The notes beneath the pieces were generated by a model. It was not told where the DNA came from, made no database searches, and saw only the letters and a program-made list of their open reading frames with translations. Below are positions 26,976 through 38,261 of a DNA stretch of 64,000 nucleotides, one piece after another. Source of the DNA: Octopus vulgaris (lineage: Eukaryota); assembly GCA_951406725.2 (NCBI GenBank), contig OX597833.1, positions 22,444,001-22,508,000 on the forward strand. Direction: 5' to 3'. The number at the start of each line of letters is the position of its first letter. Position 1 is the first letter of the stretch. Made by a program: the position numbers and the translations under genes.

Positions 26976-29006
26976 TGAACTAAATGTTGGATATTTGATT
27001 TTAACTAGAAAGTAACTAGTTTGACTAAAAATAAAAATCCTTTTAGATAATCTGTTACTCACAAATTTGTTAAGAATGTATAAAAAATATATCAATACGA
27101 CATATAGAATGATGGCTGATCGCCATTGAAATCTATAGCGTTGTGAAATTTAGGTTATTCGACTTAGTCAATAATAACTCCCATTTTCCATGGTTCAAGA
27201 GTTATAAACATTTTTATGTCTATTAAAATAAATATAGATTATAATGTTAGGCGATCTTTCGTTTGTAGTGTTAATAATAATAGTAATAGTAAAGTCGCTG
27301 AGAATGGTTTTAAGTGTGGTTTCACAGTTTTATACTTACGAAATACAAAACCGAATTAATAGGAAGCATTATCTTAATAATCGAGTCATATGTAGTTTTA
27401 AAAAGTAAATGCTAACGAACGGAGAAACGATCAGCTAAAGTAAAAGCTATATATAAAGTGTGTGTATATAACTGACGAAAAATCTCCAAGGAAACTAAGA
27501 CCTATTTATCATCACAGAACGACGCTAAACTTTCTGAATCCCCTAAGTTTCTTTTTTGGAATAAACTGATAATTTCAAGTTAATTTTTTTTTTTTTTTGG
27601 CTATTAAATCGAGTCATTAGGTTAGAAAATTCAATGAGTAATTGTTTGTATGTGTGTGTACAATTATATATAACACACACAAATATAAATATGTGTGTAT
27701 ATATATATATATATATGATAGGGTAAAATCAGTAATAATTTTACCAAGTAGTAAGTTCGTAAATAAAAACCTTTTAGTAAATTTTACAAATTATTCTATA
27801 TATTTATATATACATATATATATACACACACATATACATACATATGTATATACACATAAACACACACACACATATATATATATGATTGATTGATTATATA
27901 TATTGATTGAATATATATATATTTATATATATACACACACACACACACATACATAAAAATCCTTTCAATACACTATTTTGTGCAACAGCAATTTGTAAAA
28001 TTTATAGAAAAGTATCGACACAACAATCGCCATAATTTTTTTTAAACATGGGGTTGGAATATTTGCAATAATCAAATCCGTTTATATAGTAATTATGATT
28101 ATCCACTTTAATGTTTTTCAAACATTTCTTATGTATATTACAATGTATCGATAATAAAGAAACAGTTACTAAAACTATTTTACAGTAGTAGTAGTAAAAA
28201 CTAACAATAGTATTTCTTCTATGATGCCGTGGGGGTAGCCATTATTTATACATTTATATTAGTCTCGTCTTAAAGCTATGGTGGAGTTATATTCGTTAAT
28301 AAGAGGAAATATCTCAAAAGAATTTTATTTAAAAAAAACTTTAAAATAAACTATCTTGTGCGTATAAACATACACACACAATTTGGTATCGTTGATATAT
28401 ATATATATGCACGTATGTATATTTGGTTGCATCATCATTAAAATAAAGCATCGAAACGACAGGCTTGTCGCCATTGTTATAATAGCTATGGCGTTGAGAA
28501 ATTTAGTTTAATCGAATTGGTCAATATATTATCTAAAACTCTCACTTTCCGTAGTTGAATGTATTCAAATATTTCTGAAGTTTATTGCAATATGTACAAA
28601 GAAACTATTTGGAATATTTTATAGGAGTAGCTTGAAAGTAACGACAGTATCCTATGACGTAAGGGTTCCCATTTTTGAACAAGTTATAAGGAAGGACTAT
28701 CCCACTTTACGAGTTCTTTTATTTCAGAAAATGTAAGAAAAATATACATCATTACAGTATATTTAGATAAAGATATTTAATATGTTTATATTTTGAATAC
28801 ACATGCTGTTTCAACTAAAGAAAAATCCTTTTTTAAAATACATAACAATGGAGTCAATTTATTCGAGAAAAAATGCCCCAACATGTCTGCAGTCAAATGA
28901 CTGAAACAAATAAAATGAAAATGAAAACCATCGATACAACAGATCGAGATTTATATTACATATACATACACACACACATGTAGAGAGAGGTGTGGTGTAT
29001 GTATAT

Positions 29007-29215
29007 TGGCAGAAACGTTAGCGCGCCGGGCGAAATGCTTAGCGGTATTTCGTCTGTCGATACGTTCTGAGTTCAAATTTCTCCGAGGTCGACTTTGCCT
29101 TTCATCTTTTCGAGGTCGATAAATAAAGTACCAGTTTCGCACTGGGGTCGATGTAATCGACTTAATCCCTTTGTTTCTCCCCTCTATGTTTAACCCCTTG
29201 TGGGCAGTAAAGAAA
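29007..29215 (+). mobile_element. tRNA-derived SINE, family A (octopus-type)
   Basis: TGGCAGAAACGTTAGCGCGCCGGGCGAAATG head, B-box-like GAGTTCAAAT, body GTCGACTTTGCCTTTCATC...CTGGGGTCGATGTAATCGAC. Matches the inverted copy at 51873-52102. Confidence 0.88.
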
Positions 29216-29709
29216 TATATCTGTATGTATGTATAGTTCTAAAGAGGAAATACTTGGTGATGTTATCAATAAACTATGTAAGGTGTGGAAACGACGGAAG
29301 GAATGACGCATGGTCACCATAGTTTTATACATTTGTAACTATGGTGTTAAGAATGTTACAATAAGCTAATAAATCAACTATGATAATCCACTTTCTGTGG
29401 TTCGATCTTTTCAAATATTTATTATGTGAAGTACAATGTATAGATAATAAATAGTGTTATTGAAAATATTGGTAACGAAGATGTTATTGAGAATGCTAGT
29501 AATGAAGATGTTCTATTGTGTTAAGTTACCAATATTATACATTTGTTAAAAGTTTTTAAAAATCTCACTATCCTATCGTGTGTGAGAGTAAACTGTCACT
29601 GTGTGTAAATATATATGTGTGTGTGCATACATGCACACGCATACCACATACACATATTGTATATATACATAAGGGACTATCCCTTTACATAGACATAAAC
29701 ATATCTATT

Positions 29710-29960
29710 CATTCGTCCATCTTCCCTGTCCACTATTCCTGGAAGGGTCATTGGGGAAGAGTCCTCAGGCACCTCCTCCACTGGGTCCTATCAGAACTAA
29801 CTATCATTGGAATTTCTGGCTGGATTTCCAAGCATGTCCAATTGACACCATGGATATTATCCAACCATCTTGTATGTGGTCTACCCTCAGGTATCTTGCT
29901 GATTGGTTCAGTTTGAAGAATCCATCTTGCAATTCTTTCCTGCAACATGTTGGGTGGCTT
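29710..29960 (-). pseudogene. 3' remnant of an RTE-clade LINE ORF
   Basis: Translation QERIARWILQTEPISKIPEGRPHTRWLDNI...SDRTQWRRCLRTLPQ matches the RTE C-terminal GRPxxRW...DRxxWR signature. Confidence 0.7.
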
Positions 29961-30230
29961 TGGAACTCTGGAAAGACACTGAAGCAAAGCCAACCTGGAT
30001 TGATAACATCAATTTTTTTAAATGGAGACAAGAGAAAGCGCTCTAATTATAGAGAGGAATCTCTTTATTCAGCCTCCCCGGTAAAGTCTATGGTTAGTGT
30101 CTGGAAAAGAAATGTAGGGAAATTGTTAACTTGAAGCTAGCTGAAGAATGGCATGACTTCCATCCTGGGGACAAAAACCAACCATCTTTCAAAGAGCTAT
30201 AGACATACACACAATACTACATATATTATA

Positions 30231-30374
30231 CAGGCATGGCTGTGTGGTAAGAAGTTTGCTTCCTAACCACATGGTTCCAGGTTCAGTCCCACTGCATGGC
30301 TCCTTGAGCAAGTGTCTTCCACTATAGCCTTGGATTTGGTTGACAGAAACTGAAAGAAGCCCATCATATATATA

Positions 30375-30428
<54 letters not shown>

Positions 30429-30520
30429 TAGTATATATATGTATGTATTTGTGTGTCTGTGTTTGTCCTCCAACTCTATCGCTTGGCAACCGATGTTGGT
30501 GTGTTTAAGTCCCCCTGACA
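30231..30520 (+). mobile_element. tRNA-derived SINE, family B, with internal microsatellite
   Basis: GGCTGTGTGGTAAGAAGTTTGCTTCC...GGTTCAGTCCCACTGC head (A/B boxes), GAAACTGAAAGAAGCCC, then (TG)/(TA) tract. Confidence 0.85.
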
Positions 30521-30656
30521 TTTAAGAAACACACAAAAGCTGTTCGATTCACTTCAACATTTAAGTTTAATTTGTCAAAATATTTTTTCAACGTATTCCC
30601 CTCTTAGATTCACACATTTATTGCAACAGTCCTTCAGTTTTTCTAAGCCTTGTAAA

Positions 30657-30863
30657 AGGATGCAGAAGGTTGGGCCTCCAATCAGGCGTTTCACGATACC
30701 CTCAAAACCAAGAACTTTTCAGCACTGGGGTCGATTTGTTCAACTAAAGGCGGTGCTCCAACATGGCGGCAGTCAAATGACTGAAACAACTAAAAAAATG
30801 CCTGCCTGCCTGCCTGCCTGCCTGCCTACCTACTTTCCTATCTATCTATCTATCTATCTATCT

Positions 30864-30906
<43 letters not shown>

Positions 30907-31190
30907 ACATAAGGGACGTTAGCCATCCGAATATGGCTAGGGACAGGGCAGGGCGGTGGGGGTGTTACTGATGCATTTAGCCCCAGACAATCATCAACGT
31001 CACCAGAAGGAAGGATGCAGAAGGTTGGGCCTCCAATCAGGCCTTTCACGATACCCTCAAAACCAAGAACTTTTCAACTAAAGGCGGTGCTCCAACATGG
31101 CGGCAGTCAAATGACTGAAACAACTAAAAAAATGAATGCCTGCCTGCCTACCTACTTACCTATCTATCTATCTATCTATCTACACACACA
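30657..31190 (+). repeat. Local direct duplication (~355 bp offset) including a SINE tail and (CCTG)/(CTAT) microsatellites
   Basis: AGGATGCAGAAGGTTGGGCCTCCAATCAGG...CAAGAACTTTTC at ~30657 and ~31012; both copies are followed by AAAGGCGGTGCTCCAACATGG...GACTGAAAC. Confidence 0.85.
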
Positions 31191-31206
31191 TATATATATA
31201 TATATA

Positions 31207-31604
31207 CTCTTTTACTTGTTTCAGTCATTTGACTGCAGCCATGCTGGAGCACCGCCTTTAGTCGAGCAATTTGACCCCAGGACTTATTCTTTGTAAGCCT
31301 AGTACTTATTCTATCAGTCTCTTTGCCGACCCGCTAAGTTACGTGGACGTAAACGTACCAGCATCGGTTGTCAAGCGATGTTGGGGGGACAAACACAGAC
31401 ACACAAACACACACATACACTTACATACATATACATATATATGACGGGCTTCTTTCAGTTTCCGTCTACCAAATCCACTCACAAGGCCTTGGTCAGCCCG
31501 AGACTATAGTAGAAGACACTTGCCCAAAGTGCCACGCAGTGGGATTGAACCCGGAACCATGTGGTTGGTAAGCAAGCTACTTACCACACAGCCACTCCTG
31601 CGCC
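31207..31604 (-). mobile_element. Full-length tRNA-derived SINE, family B
   Basis: Reverse complement begins GGCGCAGGAGTGGCTGTGTGGTAAGTAGCTTGC...GGTTCAATCCCACTGCG and ends AAAGGCGGTGCTCCAGCATGG...GACTGAAACAAGTAAAAG. Confidence 0.9.
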
Positions 31605-31727
31605 TATATACATACATACGTACACACACACATTCCTGAGCGCCATACTAATACAATTGTTATATCTCCACCTGCCTTCGTCTTTTGTTTATTTTCATAA
31701 AGCTTCCCGTTATATATAAGGCTCCAG

Positions 31728-31760
<33 letters not shown>

Positions 31761-31762
<2 letters not shown>

Positions 31763-31922
31763 TGCAGGTATGGTTGTGATTTAAGAAGTTTGCTTCCCAA
31801 CCGCATGGTCTGAGGTTTAATCCCACTGTGTGATACCTTAAATAAATATCTTCTATTATAGCGCTGGACTGACCAAAATATGTGAATAGATTTGGTACTC
31901 AGAAACTGAAAGAAGCCCTTTC

Positions 31923-31925
<3 letters not shown>
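31761..31925 (+). mobile_element. Degenerate 5' part of a family B SINE
   Basis: GGTTGTGATTTAAGAAGTTTGCTTCCCAACC...GAAACTGAAAGAAGCCC. Confidence 0.75.
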
Positions 31926-31962
<37 letters not shown>

Positions 31963-32193
31963 TATAATAATAATAGTAGGGAATATAATTCCAAAACTTA
32001 CAGGGGAAAATTCAATGTAACAATTTTAAATCAAATTTCACAATATATAATATATGTATATAATTTAGAGAAAAACCACTATGAAACAATTCAATAAAAA
32101 AAGATGTTATTCACACCATATAGAAAACATATACTATAAAAAAAATTTATTTTAAATCAATAAAGTACGATAAATAGTAAGCAGTAGTAAAAA

Positions 32194-32310
32194 AAACTAT
32201 GCACGTTTCATGGCTATATTTTCAAATAGATAATAATAAAATCAATTCAATTCAAAATTGAATCGAACTAAAATTTATTCTATTTAAAAATATAGTCATT
32301 CATCAGGTCT
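32194..32310 (-). ncRNA. Degenerate type I hammerhead ribozyme motif with extended stem II (probable Penelope-like element remnant)
   Basis: Minus strand reads AGAC-CTGATGA-ATGACTATATTTT...AAAATATAGCCAT-GAAA-CGTGCATA-GTTT: intact CUGAUGA and GAAA cores, long complementary stem II, decayed stem III. Confidence 0.55.
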
Positions 32311-32564
32311 AAGATAATAAATAATTTATTTTTGATGTTTCAAGCATAGTTCTTCATCAGAAAGGTAAATGGAAAAATTCCAAAGAAGGGAAAATATCAC
32401 CAACAGCATGTGTGTAGTTATGTGTGTATGTATACACACATATGCACAGACACACACACTTTATATATAAGTTAACAAGGCTAATCCACATCATTCATCC
32501 ACCAATGCAGTGTCAAGCACTCATTCTCACTCTTTCATATCATCATCATCATCATCATCATCAT

Positions 32565-33010
32565 TGATGAGAAAATGTGAATATTTACAAATATGCTAAT
32601 ATGTATATAATGAGAGGAGAAAAAGAAGAGAGAAAGAGATGCTTTCAAAAACAATAACTGAAACAAGAATAACATCTTGAATTGTGATTAAATTTCAATG
32701 GGTTGATCACCTCCTTATAATATAATTGAGAAGAAACCTCTCTCTCTCTCTTTCTTTCCCTCCCCCTCTCTCCCTCCATCCCCCCTCTCTCTATCTTCTC
32801 CTCCTCTTAGCTTTTCTGTCTCTTTCTCACTTGTCCTGATCTCTATCTTCCTCTCTTTCTCCCTCTCTCCAAAAAACAAAATTTCTCTTGGTTTCATATA
32901 AAAGACAAAGAAACTTCCTGTTTTATCTTGGTTTTATCCTCAAAGAGTTCAGTCAAACAAACAAAAGCACTAATAATTATCCAAAATTCCAACCTCCCTT
33001 TTTCTTAATA
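32565..33010. mobile_element. Solo arm of the foldback element family at 33789-35024
   Basis: GAGAAAATGTGAATATTTACAAATATG...ATTATCCAAAATTC...TTTTTCTTAATAT parallels 34605-35024 in direct orientation and 33789-34232 in inverted orientation. Confidence 0.7.
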
Positions 33011-33016
33011 TATATA

Positions 33017-33718
33017 TGAGGGACATTCAAAAATTATATGCACCCCTGTTTTCTCAATGTATTTACACAAAAGCAGGGGATAAACAAGTATGCCGTTTTC
33101 CTATATGGTCTCCTTCCTTTTTGATGCACTTGGTCCAGAAGTCCACAAGTTTGTGTATTCCCTCCAAGAAGGTTTCTGGTTGTTTGTGCCACCATTTATG
33201 CACCACTTCCGTCACATCTTCATTCGTAGGAAATTCACAACCTTGTAAACCATCTTTGAGCAGTCTAAAGATATGATAGCCAGGAACAGTGAGATCTGTA
33301 GGCAGGATGTTCCAGCACCTCCAAACCCAATTGATTAATGGTTTTAACAGTCTGGGCAGCTGTATGTGGGTGTGTATTGTCATGCAACAACAAAACTTTC
33401 TTCCACAATAGGCGTTGGTGTTTGGTGCGAATTGCTGGCTTCAGCTTCTTAGCCAGCAAAGCACTGTATCTTGCACTGTTGATCATACACCCCTTTTCCA
33501 GAGAAATTGGATCACTGCTCTTTGTTTTTCTTTGGTGCGCATTGCTAGTGGAGCAGTCATACTTACACTATAAAGCCAGAAAGAAAAATGGCGCAATCAG
33601 GCTCAAACTTCAATCACGTGACTACAATAGTACCAACTATAAGCATGCATGTGCAGAAGGCAATGTGACAATGATAAAGATATGTTATGGTGAAAGTGCA
33701 GATAATTTCTGACTTGCC

Positions 33719-33722
<4 letters not shown>
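33017..33722 (-). mobile_element. Internally deleted mariner (Tc1/mariner) transposon
   Basis: TIRs TGAGGGACATTCAAAAATTATATGCAC and GTGCAGATAATTTCTGACTTGCCCTCA, flanked by TA. Frameshifted transposase C-terminus: LLLHDNTHPH...LEHPAY and EGIHKLVDFWTKCIKKEGD. Confidence 0.92.
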
Positions 33723-33761
<39 letters not shown>

Positions 33762-33788
33762 AAAATGTTTCAAATGGTGTACAAATGT

Positions 33789-35018
33789 ATATTGAGAAAA
33801 AGAAGGCAGTCAGAATTTTGGATAATCTTTTATTAGTGTTCAAGACAAAATCAAAATTAAAATGGTAAAAACGGAATGTTTCATTGTTCATTTATATGAA
33901 TTGGATGCTTTTTTGTTTAGTTTAGAAGAGGAGAATATTGTTTTTGTTGTTATGGAAACAGGGGGAGGGAGAGAAAGAAAAGCAAAGAGGTGGAGGAATA
34001 GACAGAAAGAGAGGTTTCGGGACAATGAAGAAAGAGGAGAAAAAATAATAAAGGATGGGAAAAGGATAGATAGATAGATAGATAGATAGATACAGATAGA
34101 GAGAGTGAGAGAAAGAGTGATTTCTTTTCAATTCCATGGGGTCAATTCATTGAAATTTTATTAGGAAGCATTTTTCTTATTTTCTTTCCATTGTATACCT
34201 ATCAACATATTTGTAAATGAAAACATTTTCTCAAAAGTGCTAGTGACTTTTCTAAGATGTCAATTTTAGGAAGTAGGATAGGAAAAATAAGAAAAGGGAG
34301 AAGGTGCAGTCATTACTGAAAAATAAAAGATAGTTCAAAGTTCAAAGCCCTATGAAAATGTATACTCCTTTACACTTGTATAGTCAAGTCCCATATTCTG
34401 TGTAATTCCATGTTTTGCATGGACAAACATTAAATATTAGTACAATATTCATAAATTAGGGAAATAAAGTCAGAATATAAAAAAAGGACTTTGAACTTTG
34501 AACTCTTTTTTATTTGTCAGTGATGACTGCACCCTCCTCACTTTTCTTATTTTTTCCATCTTACTTCCTAAAATTGACATTTTTGAAAGGCAACCAGCTC
34601 TTGTGAGAAAATGTGTTTATTTACAAATATGTTAAGTATACAATGGGAGGAAAAAAAAGAAAGAAAGAAAGAAAAACACTTTGCAATGAAATTTCAATGA
34701 ATTGACCACTTCAAATTGAAAAGAAATCTCTCTCTATCTATCTGTCTATCTATCCTTTCCCCATCCTTTATTATTTTTTCTCCTCTTTCTTGATTGTCCT
34801 GAATCCTCTTTCTGTCTTCCTCCCCCTTTGCTTTTCTTTCTCTCTCTCTCCCCTTTTTTCCAAAGAAACAAAAACAATATTTTCCTCTTCTAAACAAAGC
34901 ATAGAAGCATCTGATTCATATAAATGGACAACAAAATAAATTTTGTCTTGACAAGTTCAAAAAATGAATGAAAGTGCTAATAAAGGATTATCCAAAATTC
35001 TGACCGCCTTATTTTTCT

Positions 35019-35024
<6 letters not shown>
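33789..35024. mobile_element. Foldback/large palindromic non-autonomous element (~560-bp arms, ~135-bp spacer)
   Basis: ATATTGAGAAAAAGAAGGCAGTCAGAATTTTGGATAATC at the left end mirrors GATTATCCAAAATTCTGACCGCCTTATTTTTCTCAATAT at the right. Inner ends GTTCAAAGTTCAAAG and CTTTGAACTTTGAAC. Confidence 0.85.
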
Positions 35025-35061
<37 letters not shown>

Positions 35062-35439
35062 TCTCTGTTTATTTCCTTAAGTTCTTTTCTATTGAAGGTT
35101 GTAGGCTCGAAACGTAAAAGACTTTCTTACCTTCCCGAGTGTTAAACTAATACACCTGTTTGTTGTTTATACACCTGTCTTCGTCTTGTGTTTTCTGTAA
35201 ATTTCAACTATATATATAAGTCAATGGCAAAGGGTGACTAGGAAACCAGGGCATGCAGTCCACTCCACACCCCACTGAGGTTGTTGGGGGTGGTTCCAAT
35301 TGTTCCACCCTTCCCCATTCTCCATGAAAAGTGTAGATATGGTGAGTCTGAAAATGAAAATAGTTTCCCCCCTATGATGCACCATTTTGAAGTAGTTAGT
35401 AAGACATGAGAAACGTACATATAACTTTGGAAATCACCT

Positions 35440-36060
35440 TCCAACGCTTTCATTTAGTAGGGGCTATTTAAGCCATCAACTTTGAGGAAAAAGTCGAACT
35501 TCTTTTTAAAGTTTGGAAGAAAATTTGACATTCACAAACTCTTGAAGCTGATTGAGAGAGTACCAAGTTAAGTGAATATGTGTAACAATGTACAACTTCT
35601 ATCAGTGATGCGGCTTTTCTGTCTTTACTGACATCAACTCATCCCCTAAACCTTTCTTGAAGCCTTTCCATCTCATCAACAAATCGCAAAACATGTGATA
35701 GTTAAGATTTCATTTGAAGGTCTGTATTCTCACCAAACATAACAACAACAAATGCTATTTATTTCAATCATTGGCTTAATTACACCTTCACTTGTAACAG
35801 CTATAAAATTAAATGATTTCGTTTTGAATATCACTTGAATGTGGCATTCATCTTCAATATCACTTCAAAGCTGAGAAAATGTATTCTTATACTGACAAAC
35901 AATTTTTTCAGAATGGGTCATCTCGTCATTTGCTCAGACTGTTCATAATACTTCCAATCAAAATAATGACGACATTCCTTGCTGCCCACTTAAGTTTTGG
36001 CTTTCAGCTTAAGCTCTGGTTTCTCTTTTTTGAGAATGATAATATTCTTCTTATCTGTTT
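35440..36060 (-). pseudogene. Decayed hAT (Tip100/ZMYM-like) transposase remnant
   Basis: Manual minus-strand translation gives SSDIQNEII, VMFGENTDLQMKS*LSHVLRFVDEMERLQERF and VHCYTYSLNLVLSQSASRVCECQIFFQTL. These match the hAT motifs SxxIQNE, DETTD...QLS..LRYV...ERF and HCxxHxLNL. Confidence 0.72.
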
Positions 36061-36417
36061 CAAAGTTGGGGAAAGTAGAGAGAAAACTGAACTAATTGAC
36101 CCTTTTGCCATCCTGGGGGGTAATTGAAGGCATGAGAAATTCTACTATGAATCAAAGATTTATGCTAATAGATAATTTAGTTTACTTTTTTTTACATAAC
36201 CTTTCTTAGATAACTTTAAATATTTAAAACTTAATTTCAAAGCATTGTTATGAACGAATGGGTAAAAACTTTATTTTTTAATCAAACACACACAACTTGC
36301 CAGTTTCTTCTTTTCGTTGTATGTGTGAAATAGTAAAAACCTCTGGAGTCACATGACTAAATTCAGGTCTTAAGGGATCAAAAATACTCTCTCCATTGGT
36401 GACATCTTTTTAGAAAG

Positions 36418-37110
36418 CAAGCGTGGGTATGTGGTAAGAAGTTTGCTTCCCAACAACATGGTTCCAGGTCCAGTCTTTCACTAGTGTCTTCTCCTGTGTG
36501 TGTGTGTATGTTTGTTCTTCACCAACCTTAACAACTACCGTTGGTATGTTTATGTTCCCGTAACTTAGCAGTTCGGCACAAGAGACCAAAAGAATAAGCA
36601 CCAGGATTTTAAAAATGTACTGGGGTAGGGAACCTTTTCGGTTTGAACGGCAGTTTTTTCTAGCGGTGTCATATGAAATTGTCACCCATAATTATGACCC
36701 TAGTATCGATCTATTACATTTCAATCTGTTTTAGGGTTAGGGTTAGGGGTGGGGGGAAAGGTATCTTTTTTTCTTCAGATATGTAAATAAACCCAATCTG
36801 TTTCTTAAACGAGGGACATATTCATACGGCACAGAATATTTTCACCTCAATAGACGTCATTGATTGGTTGAAATTGCAGAAATTGAAGTAAAAAAACAAC
36901 AAATGTCTTACAAACTATAGAATTTTCTCAATAAAGCCAAGAGAAAAAGATGTTTTATAAACACATTCTACCAGTATACGAAGTTTAAAGGTGTTTAGTT
37001 ACGTGGAAATTATTTTAAAAAACTGCCGTTCAAACCGAAAAGATCCGTTCATTACACTAAAAATTATTAAAGGTGGTGCCCCAGCATGGCCACAATCTTC
37101 TGATTGAAAC
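36418..37110 (+). mobile_element. Family B SINE split by a MITE insertion
   Basis: SINE head and body at 36418-36626 end in TACTGGGGT; the tail AAAGGTGGTGCCCCAGCATGGCC...GAAACAAGTA resumes at ~37047-37105. Confidence 0.8.
36629..37046. mobile_element. MITE with ~28-bp TIRs nested in a SINE
   Basis: CTTTTCGGTTTGAACGGCAGTTTT at the left end, AAAACTGCCGTTCAAACCGAAAAG at the right; internal (TTAGGG)3. Confidence 0.88.
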
Positions 37111-37858
37111 AAGTAGAAGATAAAGATAAAATGTGTACTCTTTGGTACCAAATAATCGTACGAAATATATCAGAAAGCAATAAAGCAAACTTGTAAATTG
37201 ACTAAATATGCATTTCTCATCTATATCTGTCTGACTATGGAGGAATGTCACAGGAAAGTCACTCACTTCAAGAGTAAAAAAATGTCGACGAAGTGTCTGC
37301 TGGCTTGACGCAGCGGAAGGTAAGCAGTAAAAATCTGCTTTCTCTGTCCTCTTTTTTTGTCACTGCTCTTTCGATGACTGAAAGCAAGCAGTAAAAAATT
37401 TGTTTTCTGTTGTTGACAACCACAGCTAGCTGAAAGGCAAGCAGTAAAATATCAGCTTTCTCTGTCTTTCTCTGTCTTAGTCACTCACTCATTTTGTTTT
37501 GTTTCTCTTTTTTACGCTCTCTTCTCGAAAATAAGAGATTACAAACAAAATAACACCATTGCTCTTACTATGACTGAAAGCAACCAGTAAAACACATTTG
37601 TTTTCCTTCGCCTTTCTTCCTCTTGACCACTTTATATTAAAAAATGAAGGAATGTGATATGAAAGTAAATATGACTACAATGAATCTAGTAAAAAATATC
37701 AATAATCAAATATATTACACAAACGTTATCGTAGAAAAATAGTAAGGCATGCAGTGCATGCGTTGCATACATAGACGCTTCGTCCCTCACACACACACAC
37801 ATACACACACACACATATATATATACACAGACACTTGGAAATGAATGCGTGGTGTTCG

Positions 37859-37910
37859 GCTGCTCTGCATTGATAACAGGCAAATACCCTGAAACTAGTC
37901 TGCAGATGCC
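37859..37910 (+). ncRNA. Minimal type I hammerhead ribozyme, U3-A8 core variant
   Basis: TCTGCA-TTGATAA-C-AGG(CAAATAC)CCT-GAAA-CTA-GTC-TGCAGA: 6-bp stem I extendable via GGC/GCC, palindromic ACTAGT stem III, GUC cleavage triplet ending at 37900. Confidence 0.7.
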
Positions 37911-38208
37911 TGATCATGCCTGACCTCCCCTATTCGAAGGTTATAATGGACACAGGTTCATGTGTCACATTGCTAGCTAGAGGCGATGGCCTCTTGGAGC
38001 TAATCAATGGCAGCATTCGTCCTATATTTCTGGACTGCCATATTAGCTTGGCGATAACTATTAATATCCAGTACCGCTGACCGTAGTCTCCTTTAGAGAG
38101 ACTTAGAAATTTTAATATTTCTAGTTTTGAAAACCAGTAGATGTATTCCACCGAATTTAAATAAATAATCCTTCGAACAGATGGTTAGTAGTGACATCTG
38201 CTGGGTTC

Positions 38209-38261
38209 GGCTGCTCTGCATTGATAACAGGCAAATACCCTGAAACAAGTCAGCAGATGCC
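38209..38261 (+). ncRNA. Second hammerhead copy with two substitutions (stem III loop, stem I)
   Basis: TCTGCA-TTGATAA-CAGGCAAATACCCT-GAAA-CAA-GTC-AGCAGA; predicted cleavage after 38251. Confidence 0.55.

Noticed and set aside
35085-35125. Possible further hammerhead remnant (…ATTGAAGGTTGTAGGCTCGAAACGTAAAAG)
   Set aside because: GAAAC is present, but the CUGANGA core and stem II are too degenerate in this copy to support a call.
36730-36748. (TTAGGG)3 as a telomere or fusion relic
   Set aside because: Only three units, internal to a MITE.
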